From contig NC_068982.1 of the NCBI RefSeq assembly GCF_001194135.2, positions 66,160,711-66,195,317 on the forward strand: DNA of 34,607 nucleotides. The letters run 5' to 3'. Positions 23,680 to 34,557 of this stretch are shown here, piece after piece (positions within the stretch are counted from its first letter, which is position 1; the number at the start of each line of letters is the position of its first letter). The position numbers were made by a program, and so were the translations under genes. The notes under the pieces are model-generated. The model ran no database searches, was not told the origin of the DNA, and saw nothing but the letters and a program-made list of their open reading frames with translations. Source of the stretch: Octopus bimaculoides. Its lineage: Eukaryota.

Positions 23680-23824
23680 TTAAAACGATTTAAAGNNNNN
23701 NNNNNNNNNNNNNNNNNNNNNNNNNNNNNNNNNNNGTCAGGATACTAAATCTTCATCTACGCGTTCCAGTGTAAGTCCTTCCTCTAATCCGTCCATTGTA
23801 GGAGAGAAGACATCATCTGTCACG
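23680..23824 (+). CDS. GOLGA2: GOLGA2-like coding exon 2, interrupted by a 40-N gap (LKRFK...[gap]...QDTKSSSTRSSVSPSSNPSIVGEKTSSVT)
   Basis: Strong acceptor; LKRFK continues the GM130 motif; after the gap only one frame is open up to donor ACG|GTAAGG at 23825 (phase 0). The stated gap length is out of frame by one base, and a hidden intron in the gap cannot be excluded. Confidence 0.72.
23696..23735. other. Assembly gap (40 N) inside GOLGA2-like exon 2
   Basis: N run between in-phase coding sequence. Confidence 1.
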
Positions 23825-23879
23825 GTAAGGATTCAGAGTGAATTTTGCTCGTCATGTTAAACATTTATTGTATATTCTT

Positions 23880-24109
23880 ATTTCTTTATTGCCCACAAGG
23901 GGCTAAACATAGAGGGGACAATCAAGGACAGACAAATGGATTAAGTCAATTACATCGACCCCAGTGTGTAACTGGTACTTAATTTATCGACCCCAAAAGG
24001 ATGAGAGGCAAAGTCGACCTCGGCGGAATTTGAACTCAACGTAACGGCAGACGAAATACTGCTAAGCATTTCGCCCGGTGTGCTAACGTTTCTGCTAGCT
24101 GGCCACCTT
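23880..24109 (-). mobile_element. Full-length tRNA-derived SINE (MetaSINE-like central domain) with perfect 17-bp TSD
   Basis: Minus strand has an A-box-like TAGCAGAAACG, B box GAGTTCAAATTCC, central GCCTCTCATCCTTTTGGGGTCGATAAATTAAGTACCAG; ATTTATTGTATATTCTT at 23863-23879 and 24110-24126. Confidence 0.9.
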
Positions 24110-25559
24110 ATTTATTGTATATTCTTGATGTGGTAGAGAAATAAAGTTTACTTATTTATGTTTGATGTAACTAAATTTTGTTTCTTGTTTGATACCCTCC
24201 CCCAAACAAGCAGATCTGTAAGAGTCTAGTTATGACAAGTGTCTGTCTTTTCAATCACTGTATCTAGAACTACATTACCTAGGACGTTCTTCTATTTGTA
24301 AGGCAGTAGGTATGGTTTTTAGGGAGATTTGTTGCTTTTAACGAATGATCAGATTTGGAATCCGGTTTGTGTTCAGTTGAGAAGAATGCATTGGTATAGA
24401 CATGTGATACATAAGGAAGATAACTTTGAAAGATATCTGGAAGAGGTATACTGGTGGGGATATTGGATGATAGCGTATGTATTCATATTCAATATCCCCT
24501 GTTAGCATCCTTTCTTATTGCTGGTCATCAATCCCTTTCTCTCTATCTCTCTTTCTCCATGTCTCTGATCATTGATATGTACCACTCTCACCATTGCCCA
24601 CCTCTGTTGCTATCTGTCCTTCCATCATTCGCTCTCTTTTACCATTTCATAATTTTATTGGTATCCCATCATGCCGCCCATGTTTTTCAATTTAAACCTC
24701 TTACCAAATACAGCTATTGTTGTTTCTCCTACTTCTTCCTCTCCTACATTTCTCTCACTCCTATCTCTCTTCCTTCTTGGACATCCGACTTTAGAAACCA
24801 ATGAAATTTAGAAGCAAGATGTTTTGTAAGGCAGTTATTTCCTATAAGAACTGTCTCAAACTGGGCTGGTCTATCCTACCTATGTCAGCATAGAAAGCAG
24901 ACACAAAATTATCTATGTTAATATTTTCGACATCTCTTCTGTCATAGTGTAAGTATCATATGACAAAGCAGTGCCATTCTAAGAATGTTTCAAATCACTC
25001 TGCATTAATTTCATTTGTTTAATACCCTTTATTGACTTGTTTTTATACCTAAATTTTTATTACTCTTATTTTGTTTTTATTTCATATAGTCAGTTACATT
25101 AATTATTTTTACTTTTCTTTTCTTATTTCACTACAGAACTAAAACCATTACCCTACATAACTAAACATTGTAGGATTTTAACTACACAAAAAAAGTGTTC
25201 AAACAATAGTCAATTGTTACAATACAGTTCAGTCACAGCTGTTACATTAGTTATGCAGAAGGATGGAATAAAGTTTTCATACATAAAGTATATACAATAA
25301 AAGTGTCCTAAATGAATCACTAGTTGGTTATACATATTACACAGAAGCAATACAATTGTGACTGCATCTGCTTAGGAGCTGCAACTAGTGATAAGTCAAT
25401 ATGTGAAAATTTCAAAGCACTGACTAAAAATTACATTGTATTCATGTGATACTATAAACTATATCTCTTGTGCAAATTCATTACCTTTGCACTAGAATAA
25501 CATAGAACTACTTGAAGTAATCATGGCAAAAATATTGTAATAATTTTTATCTTTTTTTA

Positions 25560-27200
25560 TGGTTTATCTGGAGGAAGGTGCTTATGTTCATGGCTTTCAC
25601 AGACCCTCTAAGATCAGTAGGATTATGTTGTTGATGTTCTTCTTGAACAGCTGCAAGTTGATGGTTGTATGAAAAATATGGACAGAGTGGGGATTTCAGA
25701 GGTTGATTTCCTGTAGGGAAAAGATTGGAAAAAGTATGTGTGGGGGCTTGAATGCTTGAACTGATCAATGTTTTGCAGAATCTTGCTAGTAGATCTCTGT
25801 GTCTTTCCATATCGGTTTTTATGCCTACATGTGCTGTATACACTTAACAGCTGATTATACATTCGTGTTGTTGTTCTCAATTATTGTGGGGTTGTTAGCA
25901 TAGTCAAGGTCAGTGAAGGTGAAATCTTGTCCTACAGTGACACCTGGGAAATCTGTCAAGCACACTCTGCAATCCAGTTGATGACATATTTGAAATGTGC
26001 TGAAGAAGGAACACAGCCTAACTAAACACTTGAATAGATGTTGAAGACCTTTGCTCATGTAATAAACTCTAATTAGATGAGCAGCTTCACAAGTAACTCA
26101 TTTGTAATTATGATATCCCAGTGTGTGCTGCAATCAGCAGAATCAAAAGCTGCTGTAAAGTTCATGAAAAGTAAAAGTTTGCTTTGTAGTTCCAATATTG
26201 TTATAGAAACTTTCTCAAAGTGAAAATTTATCTGCAAGATCTTGACATGGTCAAAGATGATATTAATTTTCTCATAGGTGTTGATCATGCTCTTGATGAA
26301 ATCCTTATGGTAGAATGATAGTAAATATGAGCAAAAATGCTAGTTCTAAAATCTCCTGAAGAGTGCAGTAGTTGTACTGACAATATTCATAGCCACTTTA
26401 ACATGGCTGTCCATTTGAACGGATTCTACTGTGATTTTTTTTCTAACCCCTGTGCATCGTTAACCAGCTAGGGGAGATGTCCTCCTGGGGTTAACAAATT
26501 GCAGTAGAGTCCGTTTGAGCAGACAGCCATGTTAAAGTGGCTACAGATATTACTTGATAGTAAATATCTTGGCTTCAGTATTTATTGAACTAGTGTTCTA
26601 ATGTTACTGCAAGAATGCCTTTTTTGAAGAAAGAGAGAAATGTCATTCCAGGTTTGTGAAAGAGATTCCAGGTTTCGGATATGGTCAGTCCCACAGTGTA
26701 ATCAAGAAGCTGAGATGTTGGAATAGTTTCACTTGAGGCCTTGTTATTCAGTTTGTGCTTAACTTCACACACCTCTTTGATTCTTTGTGCATCTTGAATG
26801 CATGTATGGGGATAGTGTAAATAATGAAGTGGACAGTCAAAAACATTGATTCGGTAAAATCAAATCAGACCTTAAATCGGTATCTGATCCTCATGTGGAT
26901 GGTGTCTGCCATTATAATCAGGATTGGTTGATGATCTCCATGTCAAAGGCTAGGTGTAGCTGACTTTTTTTTGTTCATGATGTCATGAATGCCAACACAA
27001 GTACAAGGAAGTACTATTGCAGCAGCAGAGGAAGCCTTAGTTTGCCAGTTCTGCTAGATTGTTGTTCTTGCACTGGATTCTTTGGTTAGGGTATGGACTG
27101 TTTTTAGCATCATGTCCACTGGTACTACTTAGGTTTGTTGAGTATCTGCTTATGGTTGAAAGGAAAGGTTGGCAGACTCACATAGGACACTAAATTCTTC
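25560..27200 (-). mobile_element. Old RTE-type LINE remnant including RT core
   Basis: Minus-strand pieces LLFMNFTAAFDSADCSTHWDII and DFPGVTVGQDFTFTDLDYANN (LDYADD motif); heavily frameshifted. Confidence 0.62.
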
Positions 27201-27384
27201 TGCACAGTTGTATGATGTGAGAAGTAGATATTGGGCTTTTGTGGGAAATTCTTTATGATGGATGATTGTGCTGACTATAGGGGAGATTTATCATTATGTA
27301 ATGCCAAGGAAATTAGATTTAAACACTGGATTTCTGTGATATAGGAAAGGATTAAATAACTGTATATATAAAGTAAATTTGAGT

Positions 27385-27790
27385 TTATCATCATTGTTTT
27401 ATTGTCCACTTTTCCATGTGTGGGCCAGAGGGCCAGATGAAGCTTATTAAGGCAAATTTTCTGTGCTCAGATATCCTTCTTGTTGCCAGTCCTTACCTAT
27501 TTCCATGCAAGGTAATATTTCCTCAGGGCCAGACGTGTCTTTGCAGAATATTGGAAATGAATGACATTCTAGTACAACAATCACATGATGTCCAGTCAAA
27601 GAGATAGACATAAATACATATGTATATATGATGGGCTTCTTTTAGTTTTTGCTGACCAAATCCACTCACAAGGTTTTATAGTTGGTACAGAGATATTGTA
27701 GAAGACACTTTAAGGTGCCATGCAATGAGACTGAAACAAAAATCGTGGTTGAAAAGCAAATTTCTTAACCACAGAACCATGCTTGCAACT
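27385..27790 (-). mobile_element. Near full-length decayed tRNA-derived SINE with RTE-like tail
   Basis: Head GTGGTTAAGAAATTTGCTTTTCAACCAC, central GGCACCTT-AAAGTGTCTTCTAC, tail ending in CAT-rich sequence. Confidence 0.65.
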
Positions 27791-28018
27791 ATAAGTAGTG
27801 AATAAAATGTAAGGATGATGATCAGATAAACTTTTTGACTGGGTATACTTGGACACCATTATGATAATTTAGAGATGTTGTCTTGAAGCAAGACTGTAAG
27901 AGAGTGCACTGGAGTTTTGATTAAAACTGAGTAGTGTATGATATCAGAAGATTTAGATATTAAGGAAAAAAGAAGCTACATAGAAAATTCTACCCCTTAG
28001 CAACACTATGGTGGGGGT

Positions 28019-28616
28019 GGAGTGGGGCTTAGCTGAAATATACATAGGCTGACCAAGATACTCTCATGGAATGTAACCAAATGAGGCTTATTTTTCAACA
28101 TAATTCCCCTTGCAGTCCACAAACTTCTATCAGTGTTGCAGTGCTTGGCTCCCACTGGTGAAGAAGCCTTCATCCTGTTGGTCAAAAATGTCATCAACAG
28201 CTGATATAGCATCATTATACTGTAATACTGGCTCCCAACCAAGTGTTTTTGATGTTTTGGGGAACAGAGAATAGTCAGATGAGGTTAAATCAAAAGAGTA
28301 GGGAGGGTGATGAACCAGTTCAAAGCCACAGTCATAAACACAGCAGCCATTGAAACCAAGGACTTGAGTGCTGGAGCATTATCCTAATGAAACAAGACCC
28401 CTTTCGTCAATTTTCCCAAGCATTTGGTCTTGATAGCCTTTCATAACTGTCTTGGCAAGTTGGCTTAGTACTCTGCATTGATGGTGTGGCCCTTTTGAAA
28501 ATAATAAGCACAATGCCTTTCGCATTCCAAAAAACTGATGCCATCACTTCCCCTTCAGATGAAATGACATTGGCCTTCTTTCATAATCAACCCATGAACT
28601 TTTCAGCCTACTCTTC
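28019..28616 (-). mobile_element. Internally deleted mariner carrying the C-terminal catalytic region, both TIRs partly kept
   Basis: Minus strand YFQKGHTINAEY..KAIKTK..GKLTKGVLFH*DNAPA.KSLVSMAAV and AVDDIFDQQDEGFF..KGNYVEK*; TIR-like GCTGAAA..CATAGG versus CCCATGAACTTTTCAGCC, then TA. Confidence 0.8.
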
Positions 28617-29244
28617 TATATATATATATATTCTATAAATATATTTTGGTTTATTAAAATTTGGAGATTCCAGTTTCAAAGTTCATATTGAAATGGAGAG
28701 TTGCTACAAAAATAATTTAATTCTTTTGATAATGTATGTTGATTATATGAGAGGTTATTGTAAGTATTAGTGGAAATAGCTTCCAAGGGATTATTTACTG
28801 ATTGATTCAGTGATTTGGAGAATGGTACTTAGAAATCACAGCCTGATTGATTATTTGATTGTATGGGTATTAGAAGAGTTAGAAATTAAACAATAGTGTA
28901 CAGAAGCTTAATTCTGAATTAATATGTAATTGAAGAGTGGTTTGTTTTTACAACCAATAAATAAAGATATAGATAAAATATATATATAAAAAAAACAAGA
29001 TGAAATAGCTGTGATATTTTACTTGACTGTTGAAAGTCAGGTTCATGTATGGAAATATTCCAGTATCAATTAGGTACTGAATCAATAATTTCTAGAAATT
29101 TCCCTAGTGATTTAATCAGTTGATTTATAGAATATTAATATGTAGGAGTATTAGGAATAGATGCTTGTAACTTGAATGTGTGGCCTGGTTTTTTTTTTTT
29201 TTTTTTGGTATTCCTAATTGTAATTTCACTTATGCTTGTTTGCT

Positions 29245-29650
29245 TAACATCCATTTTTTTTTTTGGTAGTGAGGGTTAGTTAGGTAATTGAGGCAGAATT
29301 TTACAGTTGGTTACTTTTCTTATTACTAAACTTTTCCTGTTTATCAGGTAAGGGAGTTTTTATTCCAGAGGTCTTCAATAGCTCAGAACCACTGGTCAAA
29401 AATGGCAAGGAATTTCAACATTGCTATTTTGTTCAAATGGTGACAAACACGAAGTATCAACATTCATGTACATTTGTACACACTTGCAAACACACAGTGG
29501 GCTTCTTGCAGTTTCAGCCTACCAAATTCCTTCACAAGGCAGTTGTTGGCCTGGGACTATAGCAGAGGCACTTACCTCAGGTTCCATGCAGTGTGACTGA
29601 ATCCAAAAACATGTGGTTGTAAAATGAAGTTATTAACCATGCATCCATGT
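29245..29650 (-). mobile_element. Decayed tRNA-derived SINE with RTE-like tail
   Basis: GTTTCAGCCTACCAAATTCCTTCACAAGGC, ATGTGGTTGTAAAATGAAG and the tail motif GAGGCAGAATTTTACAGTTGG match the family. Confidence 0.6.
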
Positions 29651-30031
29651 TTGTACTTGTCATATTAATATTTTTGAAAAAGGCACGACTTTCATGCCTC
29701 TGTTACCTTTTCTGTCCAAAACATAGTAGTTTGGTTTGTTATTCTGATCTCCTTGTGCAGTATCAGATATTGATAATGGAATTTGGCAAATGGAAGCAAT
29801 GTAGAAGTTAGTAATTATTGTAAGCGTGTAGTGCTTTTTGAATGAAAGCCCTTGATGTTTGTTCTGCAGCAAGTTACAAACACTCCTTTGTCACTCTTAT
29901 CATTAGAAATTAAATAAGCCACTGGTTAGTTTGTTGAATATCTGTAACCAACAATAACATTACTCCCAAACTGCAATATAAATAGGTTGCATAAAATATA
30001 GATCATGGAAAATAGATCAAAACAAAGGGTT

Positions 30032-30033
<2 letters not shown>

Positions 30034-30118
<85 letters not shown>
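30034..30118. repeat. (TC)~42 microsatellite
   Basis: Read directly. Confidence 0.97.
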
Positions 30119-30123
<5 letters not shown>

Positions 30124-30692
30124 GTTTCATATTCTGACAATAGATAACATGAGAAAAATGTGTTATATGAAAAATCAATGACTAAAAGGCTTTATATATG
30201 TGTGTATGTATTTTATAAATAATTAAGGTATCTCTTTCTCTCTCATGTGCTTTTTAAGTAATATTCTGTCTTTGGGTTCACCTGGCAGAATATGATAGCT
30301 GATTTTACCATAATAGGGTTTCAAAAATAGGAAGTTTCTGTTGGTGTGCAGCCAGGGAATTAAGGTGGCAGTTAAGTTTCAGGTGAACTATTTTGGTTAT
30401 GTGTAAAGCTAAAATTAGAAACTCTTTTATAGTCTGCTACTCCTTCAGTTAACAACATTGGTTAAATGATGTATTTGGATAGCTACAAAAAAAAAATCCA
30501 AAAAAGTTACATGCTTACTGTGATACTATGTACAGTTAAAGAAATAGCTTCTGCTTGGCATTTTTTTTTTTAGATATAAAGCTTAACAAAAATTTCATGC
30601 GTGCCCCTCCTTCCACTTGTAAGAAATTTTCTTTTGATTGACATGTAACCATTTTAATATGTTCATCACTTGATTTATGCTTCCATTTTCAG

Positions 30693-30733
30693 GATCAAAA
30701 TCCCCATTTACCAGACCTTCACATCAATGAAAG
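30693..30733 (+). CDS. GOLGA2: Probable GOLGA2-like exon 3 (DQNPHLPDLHINE, 41 nt, phase 0 to 2)
   Basis: TTCCATTTTCAG acceptor and AAG|GTAAAG donor; open in the phase left by exon 2; hydrophilic peptide. No homology support, splice signals only. Confidence 0.55.
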
Positions 30734-30832
30734 GTAAAGATGTCTTTTTTTTTTTTTAATATCTAATACTAGTTGTAATGTCCCATCATTATAGGTTTTG
30801 TATCTTTAATCAAAAAGCGTGTTGTCTGTCTC

Positions 30833-31008
30833 TCAGCTCTTTTGAAAGCAACCTACCTGAGACTGGCCTTGGTTCTATGATACAAACTTCCTGTTTTAAG
30901 TTGATATCCATAAAAGTCTTCCATCAAAATTTCATGTTAATTTATGTTCAAAATTCATTGATACCAAAGCAATATGTATCAACAGAAATACAGTAACAAA
31001 AGGATTAA
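30833..31008 (+). mobile_element. TTAA-flanked MITE, copy 4 (decayed)
   Basis: Ends GTAACAAAAGGATTAA; interior similar to 13333-13560. Confidence 0.55.
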
Positions 31009-31925
31009 GTATATCTTCTGTACTCTGCATGTTGAATGGTTTCTTTGGAAAACTAATAAACATTTTAGTGGACTCAAACACTACAGATAAATTTGTATGT
31101 TAAACATTTAGTTTCTCAGTGGAGCTAAAGAAAATATATGTTCAACAATGTATGTTTCAGTTTGAATTCTTATTGACATAATGTACATGTAATTTCAATT
31201 TTATGAGAATATATTTTTCATTTGGGAAACAATAACAGCACATTCTGGGTGTTCTGAAATAATATCCTTTAATCCCTTAAGTTAATTGATCATGTGGTTT
31301 TGGCACTGAGATAGTGGATTTGGGGCTAATTGGGGTACAAAAATTCATGTTTGGAATTGCTAGAAAATAAACACTGGTTGAGAATACATTATTGATTTTT
31401 AATACAAGACTTGTTTTGCTATCAGTCTCTGTACCAGACTAATATTTCAAGCTGTATATTACTTAATTAGTCACATGATACAGTCCAACAATACTTGACT
31501 TGCTGCCTTCTGCAAACATGAATTGGTTTTATTTACTAAACTGGGTGTTGGATAATTTCTTTTTTATTCCTAACTGTTTACAATAAGTTCTTCTATGGAA
31601 CTTATTTTAGTTTGCAGTGTTCTACTATGACTTAACAGTTTAGTAGTTAGCAGGAAGGAAGGAGCATCCAAGTGTAAAATATAAAAAAAAAAAGTAGAAA
31701 ACTTTTTCCAACAAATAAACTACTCACGCATGCAAGCTTGGGAAAATGGATGCAAAACAGGAATAAAGAAATTTTCAAAAAATCTGTAGCAAAAACATTT
31801 ACCTTTTTTGATTGAATGCCAACACATTACAGGTTTGTGTTTAGTACTGCAACTAATGAAACATTGTTCAATTACTTAGTGCTTCTGTTGCTTACAATGA
31901 TTAAATATTCTTTCCTGATTTTCAG

Positions 31926-31952
31926 TAGTTCATTTGTTCAACGTCTATTTTT
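31926..31952 (+). CDS. GOLGA2: Candidate 27-nt frame-preserving microexon (S-SSFVQRLF, phase 2 to 2)
   Basis: TTCTTTCCTGATTTTCAG acceptor, TTT|GTAATT donor, no stop in the phase left by exon 3; ACTAAT at 31852 and TGC motifs upstream. Confidence 0.35.
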
Positions 31953-32376
31953 GTAATTCTACCATGGTTTGAATGTGGGCTTATGGTGAAGCATTTTATG
32001 GCCAGTGAGGGCATCTTGGCATCAAAGAGAAGGTTTGGCCATAAGAACTATGCCAAAGCTGACATTGGAGCTTAACATAGCCCGCAGCTCACAAGATTCT
32101 GTCAAACCATTGAACCCATGCCAGCATGGAAAACAGATGTTAAATTATGTTTATTGGCATCCCTTACTTGTTTCTCAAGTAAGGATTTTTTTTTCTTCAA
32201 CTGGTCGTCAAAAGTGCAGAACAACTGACTGTAAAGTCAACAAGGAATGCAAACATCATTTCATTATTTCACAGAAATGGTGACAAATGAAACCCTGGAA
32301 TGTCAACGTTGATGTACATACATGCTAATGCACAAAGTGCATACACATGTGAAAACACAAACATGTGCGCGCATGT

Positions 32377-32382
<6 letters not shown>

Positions 32383-32461
<79 letters not shown>
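32383..32461. repeat. (AC)~39 microsatellite abutting a SINE
   Basis: Read directly. Confidence 0.97.
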
Positions 32462-32465
<4 letters not shown>

Positions 32466-32585
32466 CTATCTATCAAGTCCACTCATAAAGCATTGGTAAG
32501 CTCAGTGCTATGGTAGAAGACACTTGTCCAAGCTGAGTACTGAACTTGAAGGTTCAGAAGTGAAATTCATATCCATGTAGCCATG
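32462..32585 (-). mobile_element. tRNA-derived SINE 5' part
   Basis: CCACTCATAAAGCATTGGT and AGAAGACACTTGTCCAAG match 10105-10245. Confidence 0.65.
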
Positions 32586-32819
32586 ACTGGAAGGACCAAG
32601 ACGTGAAATCTCTCTCCAGCCCATCACTGCAAAATGACACATCAATTATACAGTATCTTGGTAAATATACAGTTGAACCTCTAGATCTCCCTGGTGCATA
32701 TTTACAGTTAGGTAGACTGAGCTATTAAAGTTCTTTTGCAATAGATACATATTCGTGATGGCATGAGCTAACTGCCTTTCAACTGGTAGACCAGTATTTT
32801 AGCCACGACCAGCTGTGAT

Positions 32820-33240
32820 TCTTGATAGGTTGGGCACTATCATCTTTTATCCATTTTTCTGTGCCAGTATGGGGTAGTGAAAACTTGTTGAGGCAGATTT
32901 TCTACAGCTGAGTGCTCTTCCTGACACCAAAGCCCTACTTGTCTTCTAAAGCAAGGTATTTTTCAATTTACTTCTCTGCACATCTCTTCTGAAGTATGAG
33001 ACAATTGTTTATATAAATGATGCCACTGTTTATTGCCTAGGCAGTGTTTCAAATGGACCTGCAGAATTCTCTCTCTCTCTTTCACACACACTTTCTCTTC
33101 TTCATCGTTTCTGCTTACCAATTCAGTTCATGAGATGTTGTCAGCCCAGGACTGTAGTAGACACTTGCTTCTTGTGATGCCAAGCATTGAGTCTAAAACT
33201 GAAACTATATAGTTGTTGAAAGTAGCTTGGTAACCATGTA
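32820..33240 (-). mobile_element. Decayed tRNA-derived SINE with RTE-like tail
   Basis: GAGGCAGATTTTCTACAGCTG, AAGCAAGGTATT and GACTGTAGTAGACACTTGC match the family. Confidence 0.55.
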
Positions 33241-34369
33241 ATCATGGGTGCTCCTATCTCATAAGGAGAAATAATGTTGACTATTCAGTAAGTAATGAAG
33301 AATTGAGTACTGCCTGAAATAAGTAATTTACTTTGCATAGAAGTAAAATATAAGGATATTGACAAGATTTTAGCATCACTACTTCAGAATTACTTATCCA
33401 TGAATGACAAGTTTTTTGTTATGTATTTCATCAATGATGCAATCATTGTTAGATTGTTATGTTCAAATGAACTGTGTGTGTTCTAGGGAGCCAGATGTTT
33501 TAAATTTGAAAAAGTTAGGGAATGTGACTTTGAATATTTTGTTTGTGCATAAAAGCATGTATGTGTATGAAAAAGAAAATTGTGGTGTTACTGTTCTCAA
33601 TTGAATGCTTTTGAAGCTGTTTTTGCCTGTTATAAGTTTTACTAAACAAAGCTGTATTCAATATACAGCTTAAATGGAATGAGAGAAAGTTATGTAGTTT
33701 TGACAATAGTCATTTGTTTATGATCTTTTAGCTTTTGGTTGAGAAAAAAATGTTCATTAATGACTACACATTGCTGCTAGACAAATTCATTTGAAAATAT
33801 CAACATAGTGAGAAATTATAAACTAGTTTGATGACTTATTTCATTAAATATATCTAAGTAAATTTAGTCTTATAATTGATATAGTAATGTAAATGGTTAA
33901 ATTGTTTAAAGATGTTAGAGGTATGCTGAGATCATCATCATATAACACCTTTCTTGTGGTAGCCTAGGTGAAATGGGTCTCATGACATCTTGCTACATGC
34001 CATGGTCCTCGGTCATTTGGCACACTCAATAAGAAAAGAACAACAGTCAATGTCATTATCATTGTTTATAGCATGGTTTCCATGACTAGATGCCTCCACG
34101 TCATCATTGCTTTACAGTATGGACTGGGTGATATTTTATAGTGTGAACAATGGATGACATTAGATGATGTCTCCGGCAGGACTAAAAAGTTTACTTTAAT
34201 TTGTCATTTTTTTTTCAGTGGCTGTAATATAACTGCATTTATGGGAGGGAGTAGCATGAGACTGTCTCTATGACGGTAGCTTAGCAGGTCACCATTTACC
34301 TTCCAAGGAGTGACAGCTGGCATGACTAAAGCTGAGTGGGGAAAGGATATGAAAGGGCTCATATATATA

Positions 34370-34554
34370 TCATTATTATCATTTAACATCCTCTTTCTAT
34401 GCTGGCATGGGTTGGACGGTTTGACTGAGGACTGGCAAGCCAGAAGGCTGTACCAGGCTCCAATCTGATCTGGCAAGGATGGCTTTTCCAACGCCAACCA
34501 TTCTGAGAGTGTCGTGGGTGCTTTTACGTGCAACCACGTGAGGGCCAGCCAGGT

Positions 34555-34557
<3 letters not shown>
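34370..34557 (-). mobile_element. RTE 3' tail copy inserted in a (TA)n tract
   Basis: GCTGGCATGGGTTGGACGGTTTGACTGAGGACTGG and AACGCCAACCATTCTGAGAGTGT are antisense to 11192-11355. Confidence 0.82.

Noticed and set aside
24454-24804. 116-aa ORF
   Set aside because: Low-complexity pyrimidine-rich sequence with no recognisable domain.
31790-31832. Extra exon ending at CAG|GTTTGT
   Set aside because: No pyrimidine tract at the acceptor and a stop in the required phase.
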